DNA of 64,000 nucleotides from Oceanispirochaeta sp. (GTDB lineage: Bacteria; Spirochaetota; Spirochaetia; DSM-2461). The notes beneath the pieces are model-generated. The model had not been told where the DNA came from and did not search any database. It saw nothing but the letters and a program-made list of their open reading frames with translations. Of this stretch, positions 10,791 to 20,980 are shown one piece after another. Each line of letters starts with the position of its first letter. Positions within the stretch are counted from its first letter, which is position 1. The translations under genes were made by a program, and so were the position numbers. The stretch spans positions 512,001-576,000 of the forward strand of contig CAXXXD010000004.1 of the NCBI GenBank assembly GCA_963663385.2, in the 5' to 3' direction.

Positions 10791-11620
10791 TTGGTTGCTC
10801 CGAAGGTAAGTCCTTTTACGATATACTTCTGAACCATAAAGACCATAACCAGAATGGGAAGGAGAATCAGGGTTCCCGAACTGAATACAGGACCCCATTC
10901 GACAGCGTAGGCTGTTATAAAATCACCGGCCGCCACAGGCAGTGTCTTAACCCTGTTGGAAGAACAGAGAACCATTGCAAACAGGTATTCGTTCCAAGAG
11001 AATATAAATGTAAAGATGGCTGTGGTAATAATGCCGGACCGGGCCAGAGGGAAAACAAGACGGAACAGTATCTGGTGCCAGTTCGCCCCCTCCAGGAAGG
11101 CCGCTTCATCGATGGATACGGGGATTTCATCGATAAAAGTCTTCAGCATCAACAGGCCGAATGACATGTTGAGTGAAATATTGATGATTACCAGGGCCAG
11201 TAGGTTGTTCAATAAATGCATATGTTTGAAGATAATGAAAAAAGGCATCAGTACAGCTGCCGGCGGGGCAATCCTCGTAATCAGTACGGAAAGGGTAAAA
11301 ATCCCTTTCCCTGTTTCGAACCGGGAGACGCTGTAGGCTGCTGTGAAGGATGCTCCGAGAACGATCACGGTGGAAGTGAATGCCACGATTAAGCTGTTTA
11401 CCAGAAACCCTCCGAAGTTGTGCGTTGTAAATATCTTTCTGTAATGCTCCAGAGTCGGTTTGAAAAACAGAGTGATGGTCTGTGAAATAATCTGGCTGTC
11501 CTTCTTGAATGAGTTCAGTATGATCCACAGGATGGGGAAGGCCCATGTAATGACGACGCCCAGAATAACAATGTAAAAGAGAGCTCTCTTTGTATTTCTG
11601 ACAAGAAGTTTATTTTCCAT
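10787..11620 (-). CDS. Carbohydrate ABC permease (MalG-type)
   Basis: EAA loop IDEAAFLEGA, WNEYLFA, KGLTFGATK. Confidence 0.9.
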   Translation of the reverse strand: MENKLLVRNTKRALFYIVILGVVITWAFPILWIILNSFKKDSQIISQTITLFFKPTLEHYRKIFTTHNFGGFLVNSLIVAFTSTVIVLGASFTAAYSVSRFETGKGIFTLSVLITRIAPPAAVLMPFFIIFKHMHLLNNLLALVIINISLNMSFGLLMLKTFIDEIPVSIDEAAFLEGANWHQILFRLVFPLARSGIITTAIFTFIFSWNEYLFAMVLCSSNRVKTLPVAAGDFITAYAVEWGPVFSSGTLILLPILVMVFMVQKYIVKGLTFGATK

Positions 11621-12560
11621 TTTTTTCACTTCCTTTTGTAACACCCAGAACCAGTACGGTAATCATGATAATGATTAAAACACCCAGAGCGGAAGTTTTT
11701 CCGTAATCGCTTGTTGTGAAACCCAGTGTGTAGAGGTGAATATTGATAACACGGGTTGATTCCGCATTACCGAAGAGTACCCAGATCTGAGCGTATACTT
11801 TCAGGCAGTCAATAATACGAAGAAACGCAACGGCCCCGATTATCTTAAGCAGAAGAGGGAATGTTATATACCTGAAGGTTTGCCAGGCCGATGCGCCGTC
11901 CATGTTTGCCGCTTCATACACCTCTGTGGGTAGTGACGTCATTCCTGAATAGAAAATCAGAAAGCAGAAAGGCGTCCATTGCCAGAAGTTTACAAAGGAG
12001 ATCGTTCTGAATGCGTAGGTCAGATAGAGTTTATCTACAAGCCATGGCCCAATAAGAGGGATGTTCTCGAAAAAAGGAAGACCCGATGTGGACAGCCAGG
12101 GTTTCGGCTGTGCTCCAATTGTTCTGAGGAATACATTAAGAAAGCCTGTATCGAAATCAAAAAAATACTTCCAGATCATGGCAATAATGATCGGAGTTGC
12201 CAGAATCGGGAACAGGAGAATGGTCTGGACAGTTCTTTTCCCCTTGAATTCTTTATAAAGCAATGCAGCCAGAATAAGGCCGACAATTATCTGCGGTGTT
12301 ATCGTATAAATCAGAAAAAGAAATGTCCTGAACAGGGATGACCAGAACATGGGGTCTTTTGTCAGAAGGAATATATAGTTTTTAAGGCCGATAAAGGGCC
12401 ATTCTTTATTGAAAACGATCGGGTCCAGACGGAAAAACGATGTATAGATCATATACAGAATCGGGAGGACCGTCGTAAGGAACAGAATTATCACAGTAGG
12501 GGCTACCAGAGAGTATTTCAGTACTTTCTGATTTCCCATGCTGGATCTGGAAATGCTCAT
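11610..12560 (-). CDS. Carbohydrate ABC permease (MalF-type)
   Basis: WQWTPF, YEAANMDGA, YITFPLL. Confidence 0.9.
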   Translation of the reverse strand: MSISRSSMGNQKVLKYSLVAPTVIILFLTTVLPILYMIYTSFFRLDPIVFNKEWPFIGLKNYIFLLTKDPMFWSSLFRTFLFLIYTITPQIIVGLILAALLYKEFKGKRTVQTILLFPILATPIIIAMIWKYFFDFDTGFLNVFLRTIGAQPKPWLSTSGLPFFENIPLIGPWLVDKLYLTYAFRTISFVNFWQWTPFCFLIFYSGMTSLPTEVYEAANMDGASAWQTFRYITFPLLLKIIGAVAFLRIIDCLKVYAQIWVLFGNAESTRVINIHLYTLGFTTSDYGKTSALGVLIIIMITVLVLGVTKGSEKNGK

Positions 12561-12596
12561 TATTATCTCCTGGGGTTATGTTAAGTGGATGGGAAA

Positions 12597-12630
12597 GGGG
12601 AGGCAGAGGGGGGCGGGCCCCTCTCTCCCC
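12597..12630 (-). other. GC-rich intercistronic stem-loop downstream of SBP gene
   Basis: GGGGAG(GC)AGAGGGG...CCCCTCTCTCCCC inverted repeat on + strand. Confidence 0.55.
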
Positions 12631-12637
12631 GGAATTC

Positions 12638-13903
12638 TTATTCGAAACTCTCTTTCAGAACAGTTATATTTAATTCAGCCTGTTCCAGAATCTCATCTAT
12701 TGAATCATCGGTGACAAGAATATCAGAAACCATCTGGTTCAGAATCTCATGGAGTTTGGTATAGTAGGGAACAAGAGGTTCCATTTTGGCCAGGTTGTAA
12801 GTTTCCGCCATAAGAGGGTAATAGATGTTGCTGCTTTTTGAGGAATCATTCAGAAGACTGGGGCGGAATACGCTTGATCCGTGCTCTCCACGGATTTCAA
12901 AACCTTCTTTGCTGGTGGCAAACTCCAGGAATTTCCATGCAGCAGTCTTATTCCGGCTCATTCCGTTCATAACCAGTCCCCAGCCATGGGTCTGAGGAGT
13001 TCTGTAAATACTTCCGTCGGCTTGACGGACACCGGGAATCAGGGCAATACTGTATTTCTCTTTATTGGGGCTGTCCGAAAGTTGCAGGCTATTCCATGCG
13101 GCATTCCAGAAAGGCGCGGCCTGGGCTGTGGTACCAGCCTTGAGCTGATCAAATACCTTAGGGTAGTTGTATGTCGTGATATCTTCCGCCATGTACGGTT
13201 TTAATGCCCGGTATACTTCAGCAGCTTTCCGGGCAGCTTCGCTATTAATAACAACCTTGCCGTTTTCATCTATAACGTCTCCCCCGTAAGACCATAGCAC
13301 TGTGTAGAACATTTTCGGTGCTTCGGGGCCTCCTGTGAGGGCGGTTAAAAGGTTGCCGTAGGATGTATTTTTTCCTGTATTCCCCGCAGCCAGAGAAATC
13401 AGTTCTTCCCAGGTTTCCGCCGGCTGATCCAGCATATCTGTCCGGTAATAATAGAGTTGACTCGACAGATCCGTAGGGATGCAGTATATCTTTCCTTCAT
13501 AAGTCAGTTTGATGGGGATATCGTCCAGATCATAGGCAGCCAGATCCGTCAATTCGGGGTCATTCAGATAGTCGTCCCATGGCTCCAGAACACCTGCGGC
13601 AGCCAGTTCTGTCATATAGGTTGTATTATCCTGAACCAGATCGAACTCTGTGGTTCCTCCGACCAATTGGGTTGTTACATTTGTAAAATACCCCAGACGT
13701 CCCTGCTCATTGAATACAATTTCGATATCGGGGTTCCGTTCCATAAATACATCTGCCGCAACTTTCAGGGCTTCTGTTTCCGGGCTGGTAACGCACAGAA
13801 TGGTTACAGTAGATTTCCCGTTGTCATCGACATCCTGACTGCCTGCGGCAAAAATTGCAACAGTCATCGTCAGAATCAGAAAAACCGAAATACGTTTTTT
13901 CAT
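12638..13903 (-). CDS. CUT1 sugar ABC substrate-binding protein
   Basis: Signal peptide ending FAAGSQD; YYRTD, AETWEEL, AAWKFLEF. Confidence 0.88.
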   Translation of the reverse strand: MKKRISVFLILTMTVAIFAAGSQDVDDNGKSTVTILCVTSPETEALKVAADVFMERNPDIEIVFNEQGRLGYFTNVTTQLVGGTTEFDLVQDNTTYMTELAAAGVLEPWDDYLNDPELTDLAAYDLDDIPIKLTYEGKIYCIPTDLSSQLYYYRTDMLDQPAETWEELISLAAGNTGKNTSYGNLLTALTGGPEAPKMFYTVLWSYGGDVIDENGKVVINSEAARKAAEVYRALKPYMAEDITTYNYPKVFDQLKAGTTAQAAPFWNAAWNSLQLSDSPNKEKYSIALIPGVRQADGSIYRTPQTHGWGLVMNGMSRNKTAAWKFLEFATSKEGFEIRGEHGSSVFRPSLLNDSSKSSNIYYPLMAETYNLAKMEPLVPYYTKLHEILNQMVSDILVTDDSIDEILEQAELNITVLKESFE

Positions 13904-13954
13904 AAAAATACTCCTTAATTATATTTAACCGGACAACGTCCGGAATTTCGCTGT

Positions 13955-15154
13955 TTATTTTTTATGTTCAGGGTAACTGCTGTTCTGAAGCAGTATGGGG
14001 TAAAACCGGCTTTGGCTGAGAGCTACGGCAGCTCCCCCGATGACTTCGGTTTTGTCCGAAAGAAAGGCTGTTTGAATGTTAACTGTTCTATAGGGAAATT
14101 CGGGGATATACTCTTTTACCTTTTTATTCAGTTCTTCAAGAAACAGAGGGCTTTTGATCAGGTAAGCGCTATGCACTATGATTATTTCGGGGTTCAGTAT
14201 CAGAATCATGTTGGATGTGAGCTGTGCAAGAACATCAACTATTCCTTTTGTCTGCATCGTCCATCCATGCTTTTCAATATCAAGAATATCCTGGCCTGCT
14301 CTGATAGCTTCTTCATGTGACATGTTTTGAATATCCAGATCTTTTCTATTGGCCCTTATAATTTCCGGTAGAGAGAGACAGGACTCTGCATTACTGATGG
14401 AATCGTTATTGTAAACAACGAATTTTCCAATTTGTGTTGCCGTATAGTCGCATCCCTGAAAGATCTCTCTGTTATGGACATAAGCTCCGCCTATCCCCCC
14501 TTCCGTATACAGGTAGGCAACCTGAGAGTAGGACTGTCCGTTACCAATCCAGGTTTCTCCTAGTGCCAGGGCATTGGCATCATTTTCAACAAAAACAGGG
14601 AGGTCGATCAGTTTCCGGAAATCATCGGCCAGGTGGTAGGGTTCCGTCCATTTGAGAGGCCCGCTGTATAAAACAATTCCATGCTGATAATCCACTACGC
14701 CAGGGATCATGATCCCTACGCCTTCAATCCTGTCAAGAGAGACCGCACTTGAAGATATTATCTGTCTTATGTTCTCAACAGCCGTCCGTATCATTCCGGG
14801 AGGGTCTTTTTCCCTGTTCTGATATTCCAGCTGATTACATATATTGCCTTCCAGATCCACCAGGGCGATATTGGTTTTTTTCCACCGTATATCTACTGAT
14901 ATAAAATAGTAGGACTTGGGATTGAATTGGAGCAGCGTGGATTTTCTTCCGGTATGGGGGCTTCCCTGACCAGCTTCTTCTATCAGGCCGTAGCTGTCCA
15001 GAAGTGATGTAATGTTGGAAATAGCCGATTTGCTGGAACCGAGAGTCCGGGCTATCTCAGCTCTGGAGATTGGTCCCTTTTCCCTGATAAGGCGCAAAAC
15101 TATGTAGGCATTGTAGTCCTGCATTTTGGTAGGACTCATTAATCCGTCTTTCAT
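13955..15154 (-). CDS. ROK-family (XylR/NagC-like) repressor
   Basis: N-terminal wHTH (ISRAEIA...TGRK), VENDANALALGE, GIGGA. Confidence 0.9.
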   Translation of the reverse strand: MKDGLMSPTKMQDYNAYIVLRLIREKGPISRAEIARTLGSSKSAISNITSLLDSYGLIEEAGQGSPHTGRKSTLLQFNPKSYYFISVDIRWKKTNIALVDLEGNICNQLEYQNREKDPPGMIRTAVENIRQIISSSAVSLDRIEGVGIMIPGVVDYQHGIVLYSGPLKWTEPYHLADDFRKLIDLPVFVENDANALALGETWIGNGQSYSQVAYLYTEGGIGGAYVHNREIFQGCDYTATQIGKFVVYNNDSISNAESCLSLPEIIRANRKDLDIQNMSHEEAIRAGQDILDIEKHGWTMQTKGIVDVLAQLTSNMILILNPEIIIVHSAYLIKSPLFLEELNKKVKEYIPEFPYRTVNIQTAFLSDKTEVIGGAAVALSQSRFYPILLQNSSYPEHKK

Positions 15155-15170
15155 TAAAAATCCCTTTAGA

Positions 15171-15222
15171 TAGTTTGTTCTCAGTACAAACTAATTGTAG
15201 ATCCATAAATCCCATCTGTCAA
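15171..15222 (-). promoter_or_regulatory. Sigma70 promoter plus XylR-type ROK operator
   Basis: Minus strand TTGACA(15222-15217)-N17-TACAAT(15199-15194); TAGTTTGT-N7-ACAAACTA at 15171-15193. Confidence 0.85.
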
Positions 15223-15318
15223 GAAAGAACTTTTCAATAGTGCGAATTCCAATAAGGGAAAGCACTGCCGGAATGAGAACGGCGGAATCGGAAATTTTAT
15301 TCAAGAGAAGATCTTATT

Positions 15319-15792
15319 TCAGGATGCCGTAAACATATCCAGAAGCTCCCGGTAGATCAGCTTGAGAAGGGGGCTTTTATTATCCCGGATGGCCCCGTCA
15401 AGCAGCACATCGCTCCGTTCCTTCTTGAACCATCTGTACAGGCGGGACGCCCCGTCTTCCGGGGAGTCTGACGAGCTGGCTATCCTGTAAAGCTGCTTAA
15501 TTTCTCCGGTATCCATAAACAGTTTGGAATCCCGGATACAGAGGTTAAAGTACTTTCCGTTTTTCAGGGGAGCTATATGGACGTTGACAGGGGAGGGCGG
15601 TTTATCGTCGTCAATTGCCTCGGGAGAAGTGCTGTCGCTCTTTCTTTTTTCCGCAAGGGACTGATTTCTTCGGTTAGCATCCTGATTATATATCAGAATC
15701 GCAGCCTGTTCCTTCAGAAAGGTGAGACCGTCCGGTTCAATCTCCTGGAGAAGGTTCATAATTTCATCAATCAGTTGTTCTTTGTCTGCCAT
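15319..15792 (-). CDS. Hypothetical protein
   Basis: 157-aa ORF fills the intergenic gap; plausible composition; no recognised motif. Confidence 0.65.
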   Translation of the reverse strand: MADKEQLIDEIMNLLQEIEPDGLTFLKEQAAILIYNQDANRRNQSLAEKRKSDSTSPEAIDDDKPPSPVNVHIAPLKNGKYFNLCIRDSKLFMDTGEIKQLYRIASSSDSPEDGASRLYRWFKKERSDVLLDGAIRDNKSPLLKLIYRELLDMFTAS

Positions 15793-16082
15793 GCATTAAT
15801 AATAACTCTACTGTGCTGGATTTTCCTGTTTCTCCTCGGAAAAAGGCATCCTTTTGTCATTGAAGCTGTGAGTGAATTTTTCTGTATGTTTAATAAAAAT
15901 GATCATTATAAAAATATTTATTATGATGAAATGATCAAACAATTTTTTATTTTATACTTTGATATTGCATCTCAATGTTCTGGTAAGCTGGTGAAATCAA
16001 TCTATTGATGATGCTGGTATTGTTTTTAAATCATTGTATATAAATAAATAATTAAGTACTGACAAAAATAGAACAAATTAAT

Positions 16083-16160
16083 TTGACAGATGTTAAATTC
16101 TGGGAGTATGATACAAACATATCCAAACACAAACGAACAAAAATGAAAGCAAACGAAATT
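16083..16160 (+). promoter_or_regulatory. chvE promoter with 10-bp-phased direct repeats
   Basis: TTGACA 16083-88, TATGAT 16107-12; AAACGAAC/AAATGAAA/AAACGAAA at 16131, 16141, 16151. Confidence 0.65.
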
Positions 16161-16223
16161 CAGGCCGTTGTTTTGTTTGTGTGCGTTAACGAAAACGCAA
16201 AAGAAAACCAAAAGGAGCAATTT

Positions 16224-17306
16224 ATGCTAAAGAAAATTTTGACCCTGTCATTGATGGTTAGTCTCGCTGTAACGACTGTGTTTGCTGAAGGTCAGAAGGA
16301 CAGTTCCGGAGAGAAAGGTTACATTGGTGTAGCCATGCCTACCCAGTCCTCTCAGAGATGGATTCAGGACGGTGGGAACATGAAAGAGCAGCTGGAAGCC
16401 AAAGGGTATAAAGTCGATCTGCAGTATGCAGAAGATATCGTGGAAAACCAGGTTTCCCAGCTGGAAAATATGATTACCAAGGGTGTTGATGTAATGGTTA
16501 TCGCTTCTATTGATGGAGAAGCCATTACGGGTGTTCTTGAAAAAACAGCAGAAGCGGGAATCCCTGTTATTGCTTATGACAGATTGATAAAAAACTCCGG
16601 AAGTGTGTCTTACTACGCTACTTTTGATAATTATAAAGTTGGTGTACAACAGGGATCCTATATTGTAGAAGCTCTGGAACTGGATAAAGGTGCAACCGGA
16701 CCCTTTAATCTTGAACTATTTGGAGGATCTCCTGATGACAACAATGCCTACTTTTTCTACAACGGTGCCATGAGTGTTCTGCAGCCCTACATTGATAAAG
16801 GCGTTCTGGTTATTCAGTCCGGTCAGGCAGGTATGGATAAAGTGGCTACTCTAAGATGGGACGGAGCAACAGCACAGGCCAGAATGGATAACCTGCTTAC
16901 GGCTTTCTATGCGGATGGTGAAAAAATAGATGCTATTCTATCTCCTTATGATGGAATCTCCATCGGTGTTCTCTCTTCTGTTAAAAATATCGGTTATGGA
17001 ACAGTCGGTCAGCCTCTGCCTATCATTACAGGTCAGGATGCGGAACTTCCTTCTGTCAAATCCATTCTGGCTGGGGAACAGACCCATACTGTTTTTAAAG
17101 ACACCAGAGAGCTTGCCAGAGTTGCTGTTGGTATGGTTGAAGCCATTCTTGAAGGCGGAGAACCTGAAATCAATGATACAACAACCTATGATAATGGTAT
17201 TAAAGTGGTTCCTTCCTACCTTCTGGAACCTGTATCAGTTGATGTTACAAATTACAAAGAGGTCCTGATCGGATCAGGATATTATACAGAAGATCAGCTT
17301 AAATAA
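16224..17306 (+). CDS. chvE: Multiple monosaccharide-binding protein
   Basis: [60 protein letters not shown]. Confidence 0.93.
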   Translation: MLKKILTLSLMVSLAVTTVFAEGQKDSSGEKGYIGVAMPTQSSQRWIQDGGNMKEQLEAKGYKVDLQYAEDIVENQVSQLENMITKGVDVMVIASIDGEAITGVLEKTAEAGIPVIAYDRLIKNSGSVSYYATFDNYKVGVQQGSYIVEALELDKGATGPFNLELFGGSPDDNNAYFFYNGAMSVLQPYIDKGVLVIQSGQAGMDKVATLRWDGATAQARMDNLLTAFYADGEKIDAILSPYDGISIGVLSSVKNIGYGTVGQPLPIITGQDAELPSVKSILAGEQTHTVFKDTRELARVAVGMVEAILEGGEPEINDTTTYDNGIKVVPSYLLEPVSVDVTNYKEVLIGSGYYTEDQLK

Positions 17307-17323
17307 GATTCGTTATTAGACAT

Positions 17324-17360
17324 GGGGCTGTTGTAAAACTGAAATGTTTTCAACAGCCCT
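17324..17360 (+). other. Intercistronic stem-loop after chvE (mRNA stabiliser or partial terminator)
   Basis: GGGCTGTTG-TAAAAC...GTTTT-CAACAGCCC. Confidence 0.65.
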
Positions 17361-17380
17361 GTAATTATCAGGAGCCGGGT

Positions 17381-18919
17381 ATGTCAGATTATATTCTGGA
17401 AATGAAGAACATAACAAAATTGTTTCCGGGAGTCAAAGCGCTGGATAATGTGAACCTGAAAGTCAGGGAGCATGAGATTCATGCGTTAGTCGGAGAAAAT
17501 GGTGCCGGCAAATCGACTTTAATGAATGTATTGAGTGGAGTGTATCCATTCGGTACATATGAGGGCGACATCGTTTATAAAGATGAAGTCTGTGGATTCA
17601 GGGAAATAAAGGAAAGTGAAAAAAAAGGTATTGTTATTATCCATCAGGAGTTGGCCCTGGTCCCTTTTCTTTCTATTGCGGAAAATGTGTTTCTGGGGAA
17701 TGAACAATCCGACAGGGGCGTAATTAATTGGGAGTTAACCCGAACCCGAACCGCTGAATTGCTGAAAAAAGTAAGAATGAATGATGATCCCGATACAAAA
17801 ATCAAGGATATCGGTGTGGGAAAGCAGCAGCTTGTGGAGATTGTTAAAGCTCTGGCCAAGGATGTTAAACTGTTGATCCTGGATGAGCCGACTGCCGCTT
17901 TGAATGATGAGGATTCAAATAATTTACTGGATCTTCTATTGGAATTGAAGGAACACGGAATTACTTCCATTATTATATCGCATAAGCTGAATGAAGTGAC
18001 CAGGGTCGCCGATGAGATCACTGTTATCCGGGACGGAGCTACAATTGAAACCCTGAATAAGAAAACAGATGAAATAACTGAGGACCGCATTATCAAAGGT
18101 ATGGTAGGCCGGGATCTGGTGGATCGTTTTCCCCAGCGGGAATCTCATCCGGGAGAGGTCATGCTTGAAGTTTCCGACTGGAATGTATTCGATCCGATGG
18201 ATGATGAAAAAAAAGTCCTGCATGATATTAATATGACCGTACGGAAAGGTGAGGTCGTCGGCCTGGCCGGACTAATGGGAGCCGGACGCACAGAGTTTGC
18301 CATGAGTGTATTTGGTAAGAGTTATGGTCAGAAAATCTCTGGAACAATAAAGAAAGAGGGACAGGAAGTTCATCTGAAAAATGTAAGCGAAGCAATCAAT
18401 CAGGGAATTGCCTATGTGACGGAAGACCGTAAAACCGCAGGGTTGATTCTGATAGATGATATAAAGCGGAACATTACTCTTGCCAACCTTGGGAAAATCA
18501 GCAATCGCTTTGTTGTAAATGATAACGAAGAGATTCATATCAGTGAGGACTACCGGTCAAAAATGAATATTAAATCCTCCAGTATTCTACAGAGGACGGG
18601 TAATCTCTCCGGTGGAAATCAGCAGAAAGTTGTTCTTAGCAAGTGGATCTTTTCGGATCCGGATATTCTGATACTGGATGAACCTACACGGGGGATTGAT
18701 GTGGGCGCAAAGTATGAGATTTATACCATAATTAATCAGCTTGTAGCCGAGGGAAAGTCTATAATTATGATATCTTCGGAACTGCCGGAGATACTTGGAA
18801 TGGCCGATAGGGTTTACGTGATGAACGAAGGAGCCCTGGTTGGTGAGCTGGATAAATCTGAAGCATCACAGGAAAGTATTATGAAATGTATTATGCAAAA
18901 TAAAAGGGAGAGCGCGTAA
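17381..18919 (+). CDS. gguA: Multiple monosaccharide ABC ATPase
   Basis: [37 protein letters not shown]; between chvE and gguB. Confidence 0.92.
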   Translation: MSDYILEMKNITKLFPGVKALDNVNLKVREHEIHALVGENGAGKSTLMNVLSGVYPFGTYEGDIVYKDEVCGFREIKESEKKGIVIIHQELALVPFLSIAENVFLGNEQSDRGVINWELTRTRTAELLKKVRMNDDPDTKIKDIGVGKQQLVEIVKALAKDVKLLILDEPTAALNDEDSNNLLDLLLELKEHGITSIIISHKLNEVTRVADEITVIRDGATIETLNKKTDEITEDRIIKGMVGRDLVDRFPQRESHPGEVMLEVSDWNVFDPMDDEKKVLHDINMTVRKGEVVGLAGLMGAGRTEFAMSVFGKSYGQKISGTIKKEGQEVHLKNVSEAINQGIAYVTEDRKTAGLILIDDIKRNITLANLGKISNRFVVNDNEEIHISEDYRSKMNIKSSSILQRTGNLSGGNQQKVVLSKWIFSDPDILILDEPTRGIDVGAKYEIYTIINQLVAEGKSIIMISSELPEILGMADRVYVMNEGALVGELDKSEASQESIMKCIMQNKRESA

Positions 18920-20088
18920 TGGAAAAACTAACCCATATGTTTAAGACTCATATGCGGCAATATGCCATGGTAATCGCACTGGTATCCATAATGATACTGT
19001 TTCAGTTTTTGACAGAAGGGATTCTTCTAAAACCTTTGAATGTAACAAATCTGATTCTTCAGAACAGTTATATCCTGGTTTTGGCAATAGGTATGCTTCT
19101 TTGTATCCTTACAGGAGGTAATATCGATCTGTCTGTAGGATCCGTGGCTGCATTTGTCGGAGCTATTTCCGCTACCCTGATTGTTACCATGAACATGCCT
19201 GTTTTTGCGGCTCTGATTCTATCCCTTTTTGTGGGTGCTCTGGTGGGAGTATGGCAGGCATACTGGATTGCATACGTAAAGATTCCGGCTTTTATTGCCA
19301 CCTTGTCGGGAATGCTTGTTTTCCGGGGGTTTACAATGGTCATCCTTAAGGGCCGGACTCTTGCTCCATTTCCCACTTCATATCAGAAAATCGCATCCGG
19401 TTTTATTCCTGATATTATAGGAACTCCCGAAGGGCTCCATATGACCACTATTCTGATAGGTGTAATATGTTCTGTTATCTATTTCTTTTTCGAACTGAAA
19501 GATAGGCGAAGTAAACAGAAATACAACTTTATCGTTGCCTCCCTTCCGGTATTTATTGTGAGAGTACTGATCATGATGGCTGTCATTAATCTGTTTACAT
19601 TCTGGCTGGCCCGTTACAAGGGAATTCCCAATGTCCTGATACTTCTTACAGTTCTTATTCTTGGCTATACATTTGTAACAAATAAAACAATTGCCGGAAG
19701 GCATATCTATGCCCTGGGCGGAAATGAAAAAGCGGCAAGGCTGTCGGGTGTTAAAACTAACCGTGTTCTTTTCGGGGTCTATGTTAATATGGCTGTTCTG
19801 GCAGCACTGGCAGGGATTATTTTTGCCGGTCGTTTAAATGCCGCAACACCAAAAGCCGGAAACCTCTTTGAGCTGGATGCTATTGCAGCCTGTTATATCG
19901 GCGGTGCCTCTGCCACCGGAGGAGTCGGTACGGTAATCGGGGCTATTATTGGTGGTCTTATTATGGGTATTCTTAATAACGGAATGTCCATTATGGGTAT
20001 CAGTATTGACTGGCAGCAGGCCATTAAAGGCCTTGTTCTTTTATTTGCTGTAGCATTTGATGTGTATTCCAAATCCAAAACAAGATAA
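18919..20088 (+). CDS. gguB: Multiple monosaccharide ABC permease
   Basis: [39 protein letters not shown]. Confidence 0.92.
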   Translation: MEKLTHMFKTHMRQYAMVIALVSIMILFQFLTEGILLKPLNVTNLILQNSYILVLAIGMLLCILTGGNIDLSVGSVAAFVGAISATLIVTMNMPVFAALILSLFVGALVGVWQAYWIAYVKIPAFIATLSGMLVFRGFTMVILKGRTLAPFPTSYQKIASGFIPDIIGTPEGLHMTTILIGVICSVIYFFFELKDRRSKQKYNFIVASLPVFIVRVLIMMAVINLFTFWLARYKGIPNVLILLTVLILGYTFVTNKTIAGRHIYALGGNEKAARLSGVKTNRVLFGVYVNMAVLAALAGIIFAGRLNAATPKAGNLFELDAIAACYIGGASATGGVGTVIGAIIGGLIMGILNNGMSIMGISIDWQQAIKGLVLLFAVAFDVYSKSKTR

Positions 20089-20108
20089 TTTGAACCTCCT
20101 TTAGCTTT

Positions 20109-20144
20109 TCCCGGTGCCGGTTAACAACCTGTACCGGGATTTTT
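20109..20144 (+). terminator. Rho-independent terminator after gguB
   Basis: TCCCGGT...ACCGGGA followed by TTTTT. Confidence 0.7.
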
Positions 20145-20188
20145 CTATTCACACAGGGAAATATCCTGTAAGATGTCCCTAGGTTATT

Positions 20189-20980
20189 ATGTTTGCACTT
20201 GAACGAATAAAATTAATAAAAAAGTATCTCAATGAAAATCAAAAGGCAGAAGTAACTGCACTGAGCGGATTGCTGGATGTTTCTGAAGTTACAATCAGGC
20301 GTGATCTTGAAAAACTGGAGAAAGAAGGGTTTCTTCAAAGGATCCATGGGGGAGCTGTTTTAACAGATGAACTGACGGAAAGCCATTCGGGCTCTATTCA
20401 GGAAGCTGATGATCCTCTCCTGCAGAACAGGATGGAGATAGGGGATATCGCATCTAATCTTGTTGATGACCGTGATGTGATTATGCTGACCCCGGGGCTG
20501 ACAAACCTGCAGTTGGCCAGGCATCTGAAGAACAGGAAAAACCTTACGGTTCTGACAAATGATCTTCTTATTGCACTGGAGTTTTCCGGTATCGCTTCCA
20601 TTAAAGTGATTATTCTGGGGGGAGATTTGGACAGTCAGTCCAGGGGGGTCTACGGGAAATTTACAATTGACAGCATTCGAAGCTTTTTTGTAAATAAGAC
20701 TTTTTTTGAAGTGGAAGGGATTAATCAGGACTCCAGTTTAACCGTTTCCAGTATAGAAAAAGCGACACTTATTCAGGAAGCAGTGAAGATAGCAGGTGAA
20801 TCAATCTGTCTTTGTCCCGGGAACTGTTTCGGGAAAAAAGCATTTTATCCTGTAGGAGACGTGAGTATGGCTGGAAAAATCATTTCCGATTCTTCCATGG
20901 GAGACGAGTATAAAAAAATGTTCTTTCAACAGAATATCCAAATCTTTACTTCTCTGCAGATGTATGAAGGCCATGTCTGA
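20189..20980 (+). CDS. DeoR/GlpR-family regulator
   Basis: VSEVTIRRDLEKLE...RIHGGA HTH plus DeoRC domain. Confidence 0.92.
   Translation: MFALERIKLIKKYLNENQKAEVTALSGLLDVSEVTIRRDLEKLEKEGFLQRIHGGAVLTDELTESHSGSIQEADDPLLQNRMEIGDIASNLVDDRDVIMLTPGLTNLQLARHLKNRKNLTVLTNDLLIALEFSGIASIKVIILGGDLDSQSRGVYGKFTIDSIRSFFVNKTFFEVEGINQDSSLTVSSIEKATLIQEAVKIAGESICLCPGNCFGKKAFYPVGDVSMAGKIISDSSMGDEYKKMFFQQNIQIFTSLQMYEGHV

Noticed and set aside
15898..15927. AT-rich imperfect palindrome (AATGATCATT; ATCATTATAAAAA/TATTTATTATGAT), Fur-box-like
   Set aside because: Expected by chance in a very AT-rich spacer; no iron-related gene adjacent
16083..16223. N-terminal extension of chvE in the ORF track (likewise typA 39066, ArsR 43006, Gfo 10898, EAL 50277)
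   Set aside because: Overlaps promoter elements or upstream genes; better downstream starts fit RBS or domain boundaries
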